64,000 nt of DNA from an uncultured bacterium. Lineage in GTDB: Bacteria; Bacillota_I; Bacilli_A; RFN20; CAG-826. The stretch spans positions 626 to 64,625 of the forward strand of contig CASFZJ010000001.1 of NCBI GenBank assembly GCA_949299165.1, in the 5' to 3' direction. Under the pieces are notes generated by a model. That model had not been told where the DNA came from. It made no database searches and saw nothing but the letters and a program-made list of their open reading frames with translations. The stretch's first letter is position 1. Each line of letters begins with the position of its first letter. Position numbers and translations under genes: made by a program. This document shows, one piece after another, positions 29,622-37,944 of this stretch.

Positions 29622-31682
29622 CTATTTTTGAGTTAACAATGAATTTTCTTTAATAACTTTCTCTTTTAATTGATGTGGGACTTCTTCGTAAGAATAGAAT
29701 GTTCTATTGAAATAACCACTACCTTGAGTCAATACTTTTAACTTAGTAACGTAGTCTAAAGTTTCGGCTTCTGGGAGTAAAACTTCAACCATTGTTGTTT
29801 CGTTTTCTTTATCAACAATATTTTGAATTCTACCTCTTCTTGAATTGAGATCATTTAAAACGTCACCTAAATATTTATTATCAATATAAATATTTACACT
29901 AAGAATTGGTTCCAAAATAGTAGGCGCTGCTTTCATATAAGCATCTTTAAACGCAAGAATTGCTGCCATCTTAAAAGCAAGTTCGTTTGAATCAACTGGG
30001 TGATATTTTCCATCTAGAAGTGTTGCTTTACAATTGATGACTGGGAAGCCAGCTAGTAAACCTTCATTTAATGCTTCATAGAAACCTTTTTCAATTGAAG
30101 GGAAATAATTTTTAGGAACGGCACCACCGAAAATTTCTTCGGCAAATTCGATTTTTTCACTAGGTGCAAATTTCATTTCAACAACACCATAGAAACCACT
30201 TCCACCACTTTGTTTAATATATCTTCCATTACCTGTTGCTTCTTTGGTGATTGTTTCACGATAACAAATCTTTGGTTCAACAGTTGTTACTTCAACTGTA
30301 TAGGTTGATTTAAGTTTTGCTAAAACAAAATTAATATGTGTTTCACTTAATCCGCCAAGTAAAAGTTGTTTTGTTTCATTATTTCTCTTAACTTCGAGAG
30401 TCTTGTCTTCTCTAACGATCTTGGCAAGTCCGCTTGACAATTTTTCATCGTCCTTTTTGTCTTTTGTGACTAAAGCTTTGAAATAAACTGCGGTTGGGAA
30501 GCCAATCTCTTTAAATTTAATGTAATTATCTTTGTCACAAATTGTAAATGATGTTTCTAAATCGGTAGTTTTTGTAATTGCACAAATGTCGCCGGCACCA
30601 ACCTCATCAACTGCTGTTAAATTATTTCCACAAATTGTATTTAAACTAGCAATTTTAATTGTTCTATTTAAATTCGGAACATAAACTTCTTGTCCAACAC
30701 TTAATACACCACTATCTACTTTTACAAAATTAATTTGACCTAAATATTGATCGATTAAGGTTTTAAAAACATAACCACTAAATGGCTCATTATTTTCAGT
30801 TTTTCTAGTAACTTCATTTCCATTATTGTCTAAACCAACATAAGGTCTTAAATCATCTGGTGCTGGTAAATAATCGATTAACATTCTAATTAATGTATTA
30901 ATACCAATATTATTGATGGCGCTACCAAAAATAATTGGATAAATTTCAGCGTTTAAAACACCTTTTCTGAGACCATTATGAATTTCTTCACTTGATAATG
31001 GCTCACCAGAGAAGAATTTATCTAAAAGTGAGTCATCTGTTAAAGCAACTGCTTCGCAAATAGAATTATAAAGTTCGAAAACTTTTGCTTTTTTATCTTC
31101 ATAAATGACATCATCTTCACAAGTTTTACCATTATATTTTCTTGCCTTGAGTTCGACACAATTAATGAATCCATCAAATTGATCAGCATGACCTAATGGT
31201 AAAGTAAATGGAATACAGGTTTTACCAAAAGTTTTAACGATTTGATCTAAAATTTCTTCATAATTTGGATAACCTTTGTCCATTTTGTTAACATAAATCA
31301 AAAATGGAATGCCTCTTCTTTTTAAAAGTTTAAAAGCTTTAATTGTGCCAACTTGAATTCCGCTTGAGGCATCAATCATTAAAATTGCACCTTTAATTGA
31401 ATGGGTGACAGCAATTCCTTCACCAACAAAATCATCATTTCCAGGAACATCTAATAAGTTGATTTTGTAATCCTTATAAAAAAGAGGTACGACTGATGTA
31501 GAAATAGATGATAATCTCTTCTTTTCTTCCTTTTGATAATCACTAATTGTGTTACCTTTCTCAATCGACCCTTTTTCCGTTCCGTTTACGGCTGCATAAA
31601 GTGACTCCACCAAAGATGTTTTTCCACTTCCTTGGTGGCCGAATAGAGCCACGTTCCTAATATTTTTTGCTTCATAGATCAT
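29622..31682 (-). CDS. elongation factor G paralogue (EF-G2-like translational GTPase)
   Basis: 686 aa with five-domain EF-G collinearity. G1 is GHQGSGKTS instead of AHIDAGKTT. DVPGNDDF and NKMD are present. Confidence 0.8.
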   Translation of the reverse strand: MIYEAKNIRNVALFGHQGSGKTSLVESLYAAVNGTEKGSIEKGNTISDYQKEEKKRLSSISTSVVPLFYKDYKINLLDVPGNDDFVGEGIAVTHSIKGAILMIDASSGIQVGTIKAFKLLKRRGIPFLIYVNKMDKGYPNYEEILDQIVKTFGKTCIPFTLPLGHADQFDGFINCVELKARKYNGKTCEDDVIYEDKKAKVFELYNSICEAVALTDDSLLDKFFSGEPLSSEEIHNGLRKGVLNAEIYPIIFGSAINNIGINTLIRMLIDYLPAPDDLRPYVGLDNNGNEVTRKTENNEPFSGYVFKTLIDQYLGQINFVKVDSGVLSVGQEVYVPNLNRTIKIASLNTICGNNLTAVDEVGAGDICAITKTTDLETSFTICDKDNYIKFKEIGFPTAVYFKALVTKDKKDDEKLSSGLAKIVREDKTLEVKRNNETKQLLLGGLSETHINFVLAKLKSTYTVEVTTVEPKICYRETITKEATGNGRYIKQSGGSGFYGVVEMKFAPSEKIEFAEEIFGGAVPKNYFPSIEKGFYEALNEGLLAGFPVINCKATLLDGKYHPVDSNELAFKMAAILAFKDAYMKAAPTILEPILSVNIYIDNKYLGDVLNDLNSRRGRIQNIVDKENETTMVEVLLPEAETLDYVTKLKVLTQGSGYFNRTFYSYEEVPHQLKEKVIKENSLLTQK

Positions 31683-31701
31683 ATAGCAATTATTCCTCCT
31701 A

Positions 31702-31715
31702 TGTAAGCGCTTACA
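31702..31715. promoter_or_regulatory. perfect palindromic catabolite-responsive element (cre)
   Basis: TGTAAGCGCTTACA is a 14-nt perfect palindrome that fits the CcpA cre consensus TGWAANCGNTNWCA at every position. It lies 1 nt upstream of the AGGAGG SD of the EF-G paralogue and downstream of a TATAAT box on the minus strand. Confidence 0.5.
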
Positions 31716-31797
31716 CTTATGAATATAGATTATTATAAATAGGAAAAATAATAAAGAAAAAATTTTAAAATGTATGAAAAATATGCGAATAAATCGC

Positions 31798-33324
31798 TTA
31801 ATCTAATAAATCTTTAATGTTTTTAACGCGTAAAATTTCCTTTGGAGAAACTTCTTCTTTTTCTAATGTTTTATTATTAAATTGAGCTTCAATTTGGTCA
31901 AAAATATGGAATAAATTAGAAAGAACTGCACTAAAATCATTTTCATCAAATTGTAGCCCATAAAATAATTTATTTGCTTCGAAAAAATTAAATAAAAATT
32001 TTAAGTAGTCGAAACTAAAATTAATAAGTTCGTTTGCTAAATTGCTATAATCCTTTTCTTTTTTGAAGAGTAAAAAGCCATCGCAATGGGATAAAACAAC
32101 GCTTTCATAATAGCCTTCAAGCAATTCACTTTTTCTATCTTTGAAATTCTTATCGAAAAATTTTTCAACTGAAGTAAAAAAATTATCTTTTTTCATCGTG
32201 ATAATATAACTTGGATTCTGAGCAATTAAATTTATAAAAGCTTGGTAAGACAATTTTGTGTTATTTTTAATTAAATCTTCATAAACTTCTTTCATGTCAT
32301 CTTCGGTCGTATTTTCTTTAAGAAGCCTGAGTTTTGTCATCGCTGATTTAATCGAATACATTGAACAGAAATTATATGCAACATAAATTTTTGATGCTTT
32401 ATCTCTATTTACAAAACGCAAATTATCTAATATTGCTACTTTTTCAATAAAGGTTTTAAATGTAGCAACAATTCCACGATAACTTCCAATACTTTTTAAA
32501 ATAAGCGAAGTAGAAAAATAATTCCAAACCGAATTTACTAAAGTCACATAATAAACTAAAGGTCCATGATGTAAATTGTCTGAAAAAAGAGAAATACTTT
32601 CAAAAGCATCATTCAACCATGGATATTCTTTTTCGAGATTATTTATTACATCAATTAAACTAGTTTTATTCAATTTCTTAATATTTTTCAAAGCTTTTTG
32701 CAATTTTTCTGGATAATAAGTTTTTGTCAATTCAAGAATCAATTTATCAAAATCTTCAAAGTTATCTGATAAAAGGTCTAAATTAGTTTGATGTGATCTT
32801 AGTCCTAAATAATCATAAATAAATGACATTTTATTCGATTCTAAAGTAAAAATTTCTTCAACAAAATTATGATAAGAAAATTCATTTGCATAAACGCCAT
32901 GTAAAAACAAATATTTATTCTCTCTTAAAGCTGAATTAATATCACTTTTTTTAAGATGGAGTATATTTTTAATTTTAGCGCCTTCTTTAAGACCAACTTC
33001 TCTTTTTTGAGCTTGAATTTTAAAAATTTGGAGATTTATTTTCTCAAATAATTTCTTTTCATAAGGCAAATAATAAGCAAGGCATTCAAGCGATCTTCTT
33101 AAAAATAATAAAGTGTCATCGGTTCCACCTGTAATTACTTCTGAAAAATTAAAAAGAGCTAAAGAATAAGCAAATTCATAAATAATTGCATTCTCATAAA
33201 ATTCTTCAAGCGAAATATTTAAATCCTCAGATTTTGCTTCACAAATCTCCATAAGTTCAAGCGCCTTACGGAATTGTTGATTAAATTTTAATTTGCTTTT
33301 TGAATTTTTATCTAAGTTCTGCAT
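31798..33324 (-). CDS. hypothetical protein, all-helical appearance, no recognised motif
   Basis: Uninterrupted 508-aa ORF that overlaps the upstream GNAT gene by 17 nt. I recognise no family. Confidence 0.6.
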   Translation of the reverse strand: MQNLDKNSKSKLKFNQQFRKALELMEICEAKSEDLNISLEEFYENAIIYEFAYSLALFNFSEVITGGTDDTLLFLRRSLECLAYYLPYEKKLFEKINLQIFKIQAQKREVGLKEGAKIKNILHLKKSDINSALRENKYLFLHGVYANEFSYHNFVEEIFTLESNKMSFIYDYLGLRSHQTNLDLLSDNFEDFDKLILELTKTYYPEKLQKALKNIKKLNKTSLIDVINNLEKEYPWLNDAFESISLFSDNLHHGPLVYYVTLVNSVWNYFSTSLILKSIGSYRGIVATFKTFIEKVAILDNLRFVNRDKASKIYVAYNFCSMYSIKSAMTKLRLLKENTTEDDMKEVYEDLIKNNTKLSYQAFINLIAQNPSYIITMKKDNFFTSVEKFFDKNFKDRKSELLEGYYESVVLSHCDGFLLFKKEKDYSNLANELINFSFDYLKFLFNFFEANKLFYGLQFDENDFSAVLSNLFHIFDQIEAQFNNKTLEKEEVSPKEILRVKNIKDLLD

Positions 33325-33817
33325 GGTTTTTCTCGAAAATTAGCGAATAAGTCATAAAATCGCCATAAGGATAAAGTTTTCTTTGTTCAAATTTAAAACC
33401 AAGATTTTCATACATTTTGATTGCTTTAGGATTGATAGGATGAACCATAATGCCACATCCAGCGGCACCTCGATTTTTAGCTTCTTCTAACATTGACTTT
33501 ATCAAAAATGTCGCAACATGTTTTCCTTCAAAACCAGTTTTGACCATTAAACGTGAAAAAGAAAATAAGTTTTCGTGTTTAAAAATTTCTTCGCCAAATT
33601 CTTCAACTGTTTTATATAAAGCTGCAAAAGCAATAATTTCATCATTTTCAGTAACAATTCTTGCAGCTCCACTCAAAATATCTTCCTCGATATGTTTGTC
33701 GCTAGGATATTCCTCATTCCAAATATCCAAGTTTTGTTCTCTTAATCTTTTGATAACTTCATTTTTCAAAACTTGGCACTCTTTTATGTGTTTTTCTTCT
33801 GCTTTTAAATATTCCAT
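33308..33817 (-). CDS. GNAT-family N-acetyltransferase
   Basis: 169 aa with the GNAT core (IIAFAALY...RLMVKTGFEGKHVATFLIKSMLEEAKNRG...NPKAIKMYENLGF). Confidence 0.8.
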   Translation of the reverse strand: MEYLKAEEKHIKECQVLKNEVIKRLREQNLDIWNEEYPSDKHIEEDILSGAARIVTENDEIIAFAALYKTVEEFGEEIFKHENLFSFSRLMVKTGFEGKHVATFLIKSMLEEAKNRGAAGCGIMVHPINPKAIKMYENLGFKFEQRKLYPYGDFMTYSLIFEKNHAELR

Positions 33818-33926
33818 AACTAATTAAATATTTTATACCAAAATCCTGTTTTTTGATATTGTAAAATAATCTAATTCGAGAGTAATAAGGTTCGAATCCC
33901 GAAAAGAAAAAACTTCTACACAAAAT

Positions 33927-33948
33927 AAAAAACCCGCAAAACACGGGT
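33927..33948 (-). terminator. terminator after the tRNA-Asn/tRNA-Glu pair
   Basis: The minus strand reads ACCCG-tgttttg-CGGGT followed by TTTTTTATTTT. The stem is short (5 bp). Confidence 0.5.
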
Positions 33949-33961
33949 ATTTCATTTAAAT

Positions 33962-34038
33962 TGGTGACCTATACGGGATTCGAACCCATGAATGCATGCG
34001 TGAAAGGCATGTGAGTTAAGCCACTTCTCCAATAGGCC
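33962..34038 (-). tRNA. tRNA-Glu (anticodon UUC), CCA encoded
   Basis: Hand fold: acceptor GGCCTAT/ATAGGTC, anticodon stem CATGC/GCATG, loop CTTTCAC, T-arm ATGGG-TTCGAAT-CCCGT, 77 nt. Confidence 0.85.
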
Positions 34039-34044
34039 ATTGCT

Positions 34045-34119
34045 TGGCGCTGACTATAGGACTCGAACCTACAACCGATCGGTTAACAGCCGATTGCTCT
34101 ACCATTGAGCTAAGTCAGC
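34045..34119 (-). tRNA. tRNA-Asn (anticodon GUU), CCA encoded
   Basis: Hand fold: acceptor GCTGACT/AGTCAGC, D-arm GCTC-AATGGTA-GAGC, anticodon stem ATCGG/CCGAT, loop CTGTTAA, T-arm GTAGG-TTCGAGT-CCTAT, 75 nt. Confidence 0.9.
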
Positions 34120-34141
34120 ACAACCAGCGCCCAATAATAGT

Positions 34142-34170
34142 ATCATAAATGATTTAGTGGGCGCAAGTAA
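34142..34170 (-). promoter_or_regulatory. candidate sigma-70-type promoter for the tRNA-Asn/Glu pair
   Basis: Minus strand: TTACTT, a 17-nt spacer, then TATGAT. The -10 ends about 22 nt upstream of the tRNA-Asn 5' end. It is embedded in a GCGCCCA/TGGGCGC inverted repeat. Confidence 0.3.
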
Positions 34171-34199
34171 TTTTTTATGTTTTTTTTGAAAAAATTTTA

Positions 34200-34424
34200 T
34201 TAAGAAATTTTTCCTAAAATTAAATCAAATAATTCACCAACCGTCTTCAAATCTTTTGTTTCTGAAGCGTCGAAAGTAACATTATATTGATCTTCTAAAT
34301 CAAGAAGGAATTCAACTACATCTAATGAATCGAGTCCATAAGTTGCAATAGTTGCATCTCTATCGATTGTTTCAACATGTAATTTAGCTTTAATTAAATT
34401 TTCTAATTCTGTCTTTTTATCCAT
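34200..34424 (-). CDS. acpP: acyl carrier protein
   Basis: 74 aa with the phosphopantetheine attachment motif GLDSLDVVEF and an acidic four-helix pattern. Confidence 0.8.
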   Translation of the reverse strand: MDKKTELENLIKAKLHVETIDRDATIATYGLDSLDVVEFLLDLEDQYNVTFDASETKDLKTVGELFDLILGKIS

Positions 34425-34561
34425 ATTTATCTTTCTCCATGTGTCATTTATTTTAACTCATTTAAATGTAAAGATAAATTATAAATAATAAACAAAGACT
34501 AGAAAGGTTCGATTAATTTGTGATTGAATTCGTTTCTTTTAATATTTTTTGCGATTACTAA

Positions 34562-34753
34562 CTAAAATCTTAATAAATCAGCTGAGTTAGAAACAACCTT
34601 AGCTGCAGCTTCACTAATTTCCGGTTCTGAGCTAATTTTTTCTGCTGTATTAGAAGCTGCTGTTTTAAATGCTCCAAGCAAAACTCCTGCTACTGCTCCA
34701 AAAATAGTAACAACTAAAACGATACCTAATAATTGACCTTTAATTTCTGACAT
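34562..34753 (-). CDS. candidate Flp/archaeal-type pilin (short charged leader plus hydrophobic helix)
   Basis: 63 aa: MSEIKG|QLLGIVLVVTIFGAVAGVLLGAF followed by a short polar tail. It is the last gene of the Tad-like operon. Confidence 0.5.
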   Translation of the reverse strand: MSEIKGQLLGIVLVVTIFGAVAGVLLGAFKTAASNTAEKISSEPEISEAAAKVVSNSADLLRF

Positions 34754-34779
34754 GTAAAAAATCTCCTTTCATAGTCTAA

Positions 34780-35124
34780 TTACCTATATATATTAATCAC
34801 TGCATAGCGCTTGATACTTATACGCAAAGGTTCACTCTCAAAAGCGATTGGCTTGTACTCTTTAATAAGATAATACCCTAATAAAGAACCTTGCTCGTAT
34901 GAAGATGAAGCACCAACAGGCTTAATATCACCATTAATTTCTTGCTTAACAAATGTTTGCAAGTCTTCGTTTATTTCTCCGCTTTTTGAAATCTTATAAC
35001 TAACTGTTGTAGATAATGCATCAAGCGAAGTATACGTTAATTGAATCATCACAAAATCGGATGCGAACAAAAATGCATAAAAGAAAAATAGTAAAGATAG
35101 CATTACACCTAATTTAGAACTCAT
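34780..35124 (-). CDS. TadE-like single-pass (pseudopilin-like) protein
   Basis: 114 aa with an N-terminal hydrophobic segment followed by ASDFVMIQLTYTSLDALSTTVSYKIS, reminiscent of the TadE N-terminal region. Operon context supports the call. Confidence 0.45.
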   Translation of the reverse strand: MSSKLGVMLSLLFFFYAFLFASDFVMIQLTYTSLDALSTTVSYKISKSGEINEDLQTFVKQEINGDIKPVGASSSYEQGSLLGYYLIKEYKPIAFESEPLRISIKRYAVINIYR

Positions 35125-35785
35125 TTGTCATTTCTCCTATAACTGTAACGATCACAATAAGCATAACGAGCATTAAATAAGCACTACCAAAAAGAGTAAA
35201 TAAATTGAGATTATTCATCTTTTTATAGCGATTATTTAAGCTGCCTTCTTCACTTATCTTTCTTAAATTTTCAAAAACAATAATAAATTGATTAATATAA
35301 TTTTCTTGATAACCGCCATCAACCATTTGATAAAGAGCAATCATAACTTCTTCAATCGTTTTGTTTTTAAAATATTTACCAAATTCTAAAAATGGCACAA
35401 TTGATTTATCTTCATCAATTTTGATTAAAAATTCGCTGATTTTTGCGTTCATCTCTTTTGATGTGTATTGATTTGCCTTATTTAAGGCTGTATAAACTGT
35501 TTCCTTATTTAATAAATAGATTCTTAGATAAGAAAATACTTCAACAAACTCTACTTCTAATCTTTTTCTTTTATCACTTTCGATTTGATTATAACGCGAC
35601 AGAAAAAGGTAAGAGAAAAATAAGTCTCCTATCGCGATAAAAAATAAATAATATAAAGATTTATAAATAAAAATTAAAGCAATTCCAACAGCGGTAATTA
35701 CTAAATTACCTATTAAAAATTTTAAAAATTCTTTTTTTGGATCTAGTTTTAGGTTTAGAATTTTTTGTTTTAGTTTCTTTAACAT
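35114..35785 (-). CDS. TadC-like inner-membrane platform protein (T2SS-F family)
   Basis: 223 aa with N-terminal TMs, a helical cytoplasmic domain and a C-terminal TM. The ORF-track start overlaps the upstream gene by 80 nt, so the true start may lie further in. Confidence 0.55.
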   Translation of the reverse strand: MLKKLKQKILNLKLDPKKEFLKFLIGNLVITAVGIALIFIYKSLYYLFFIAIGDLFFSYLFLSRYNQIESDKRKRLEVEFVEVFSYLRIYLLNKETVYTALNKANQYTSKEMNAKISEFLIKIDEDKSIVPFLEFGKYFKNKTIEEVMIALYQMVDGGYQENYINQFIIVFENLRKISEEGSLNNRYKKMNNLNLFTLFGSAYLMLVMLIVIVTVIGEMTNEF

Positions 35786-36488
35786 AGGAATCTCCTTTCG
35801 TCATGAATGAAATATCGTAAATTCTATTCGTCATCATTGTTAAATTGGTTAAGAAAATAAAGTAAAAAACAAAGATCATCATCGGATAATTTTCAATTTT
35901 ATAAACTGAGTTATAAATTGAAGAAATTGAAAATTGTAAGACAAATAAAATTACAAAAGTTATTAGCCAAGAAGTAATAAATTCACGAAATTTTGAGCGA
36001 CTAATACTTTCAAAACGATGTAATCTATCTTCTAGAGCTCTAGAATCACGAATTAAAGCTTGCGACATATCTAAAATATCGCCACCATTAAAAACATATT
36101 GTTTAATGATATTGATAAAAACTCCATAAAGCGGCAATTCGAAATATTTGTATAAATATTCAATTTGCTCTTCAATGTTTAAATGCGAAATAGAATCAAG
36201 TTGCATTTTTAGATTTTTCGAGGCACTATTTCGCGCGTTATCTAATGCATAAACTAAGCTTGGATTGATGCTTAAGGAAATTATGAAGTTATTGATGAAA
36301 TTAATCGCTTCAAAAGATCTATTCATGTTACGCAAATATTTACTTCTACTTTTCTCAAAAAATAGATAGAAAAATAGACAAAATATCGCAAGCAAAATTA
36401 CACTAGTGATGATATTCCAAGTAATTAAAAAATTACTTCCGGCTAAAAATAGCGATATCAAAAAATAAACTAAATACCTATATTTCAT
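35706..36488 (-). CDS. TadB-like inner-membrane platform protein (T2SS-F family)
   Basis: 260 aa with a TM - helical domain - TM layout (FEAINFINNFIISLSINPSLVYALDNA...GGDILDMSQALIRDSRALEDR). It overlaps the ATPase gene by 11 nt. Confidence 0.55.
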   Translation of the reverse strand: MKYRYLVYFLISLFLAGSNFLITWNIITSVILLAIFCLFFYLFFEKSRSKYLRNMNRSFEAINFINNFIISLSINPSLVYALDNARNSASKNLKMQLDSISHLNIEEQIEYLYKYFELPLYGVFINIIKQYVFNGGDILDMSQALIRDSRALEDRLHRFESISRSKFREFITSWLITFVILFVLQFSISSIYNSVYKIENYPMMIFVFYFIFLTNLTMMTNRIYDISFMTKGDSYVKETKTKNSKPKTRSKKRIFKIFNR

Positions 36489-37539
36489 TCTTTAACCCCG
36501 CAAATCTCTTATTAAATTTATTAAATTCAATTAATGACATCTCAAAGAGTGGTCTCATTTGAGTTGGAAGTTTTCGATATGTTGAAGGATATTTATAAAC
36601 TTCTAAATATTTTCCATTATCGTTTGTCGCGATTGTATCAACATATCTTACGTAACACTTTTTCTTATCATCATAGATTTTTTTGATGTAAACAATGAAT
36701 TTAAATTGGTCATATACATCTTCAAGTGTGTCTTTAAAATCTAAATTTTTCGAATTAATCATGCACATTCTGGCAATACGATGATAAACCCCATCAGCAT
36801 TTCGAGCATGCATTGTCGTAATAGTTGGTGCGCCACTCATTGAAGAAGTTAGGCACGCTTTCATTTCTTCGCCCCTTGCTTCACCAACAATTAACCAATC
36901 TGGATTGTTTCTTAAAGCATTTTTTATTAAATCATTGAAACTATTTTTATTAGGATTAACTAGCCAAGTTTGGCTATCTAAATTATCTTTAAAATAATTT
37001 GTTTCAAATTCATTAATGTTATCTATAAGAATTAATCGAGTATTATCGTGCATTCTTGAGATTAAAAATTTTTGGAACTCAGTTTTTCCTGAACCAGTTT
37101 TACCAGCAATTACAATTGAACACTTTTTTTCAATCGCTTCATCAAGTAAGGCTAAAGCTCTTTTTGAGATAAAAGTTCCATCGTCTAATATTCTTAATTG
37201 ATCGTAGCCAATTCTAATTGAAAAATTATAAACATGCTCTTTGTTTTTTCTAGCAAGTGAAGAATGGATTGCACTTATTCTATATTTTCCAACGCTTACA
37301 TCTAAAATTGGCTCGGAATAAGAAAATTGTTGCTCAGTTAAATTCGCTATTTGTCTTAAAAACGAATAAACTTCATCATTTGCAACTTTAATATCACTTT
37401 TTAATCTACCAAGTAAATTATCTTGATAATAAATTGATTCGCCATTATAACTCACATCAGTTATGGTAGGTTTATCTAAAAAATCTTTTAAAAAACTGCT
37501 TTCGATAAATTCTATTAATTTTGTATTCATTACATTCAT
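36478..37539 (-). CDS. CpaF/TadA/VirB11-family secretion ATPase
   Basis: 353 aa with Walker A GKTGSGKT, Asp box LILIDNINEF, Walker B DWLIVGEARGEE and His box PTITTMHA. Confidence 0.8.
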   Translation of the reverse strand: MNVMNTKLIEFIESSFLKDFLDKPTITDVSYNGESIYYQDNLLGRLKSDIKVANDEVYSFLRQIANLTEQQFSYSEPILDVSVGKYRISAIHSSLARKNKEHVYNFSIRIGYDQLRILDDGTFISKRALALLDEAIEKKCSIVIAGKTGSGKTEFQKFLISRMHDNTRLILIDNINEFETNYFKDNLDSQTWLVNPNKNSFNDLIKNALRNNPDWLIVGEARGEEMKACLTSSMSGAPTITTMHARNADGVYHRIARMCMINSKNLDFKDTLEDVYDQFKFIVYIKKIYDDKKKCYVRYVDTIATNDNGKYLEVYKYPSTYRKLPTQMRPLFEMSLIEFNKFNKRFAGLKNEI

Positions 37540-37542
37540 ATC

Positions 37543-37944
37543 CTAAATCATCCTTTCAATTTCAAAGTTTCGATATCCTTCATAAGTTAAATAAGTGCAA
37601 TAATTACATTTAAAATAGATATCAACTTTTTCTGGATACATCGATCCATCAACAACATATTGATCATCCACAATCTTGTAATAACTAAATCGAATTTTGT
37701 ATTTGTCAATGTAGCCATCTAAGTTTTTTACAAGATAAGCATTTACGTTTTTTTCAAGTGTAGTGCGATTATAATGTGGATGAAATTCGCCAGTTTTATC
37801 GACAACACAAACGCTGCTTTCTATCGATGCTAATGGAATATTATTAAATATTCTGTTAATTGACATTCCATGAATCGAAACACCAAGCACAGAACTAAGT
37901 GAACCTATTAACATGAAAGAAAAGAAAATAATCGCACTACTCAT
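37543..37944 (-). CDS. N-terminally membrane-anchored protein of the Tad-like operon
   Basis: 133 aa with one N-terminal hydrophobic helix (AIIFFSFMLIGSLSSVLGV). It starts MSS like the 114-aa ORF. Confidence 0.5.
   Translation of the reverse strand: MSSAIIFFSFMLIGSLSSVLGVSIHGMSINRIFNNIPLASIESSVCVVDKTGEFHPHYNRTTLEKNVNAYLVKNLDGYIDKYKIRFSYYKIVDDQYVVDGSMYPEKVDIYFKCNYCTYLTYEGYRNFEIERMI

Noticed and set aside
33450-33827. 125-aa plus-strand ORF opposite the GNAT gene
   Set aside because: It is antisense to a gene with a clear GNAT motif set. It has no recognisable motif and no RBS.
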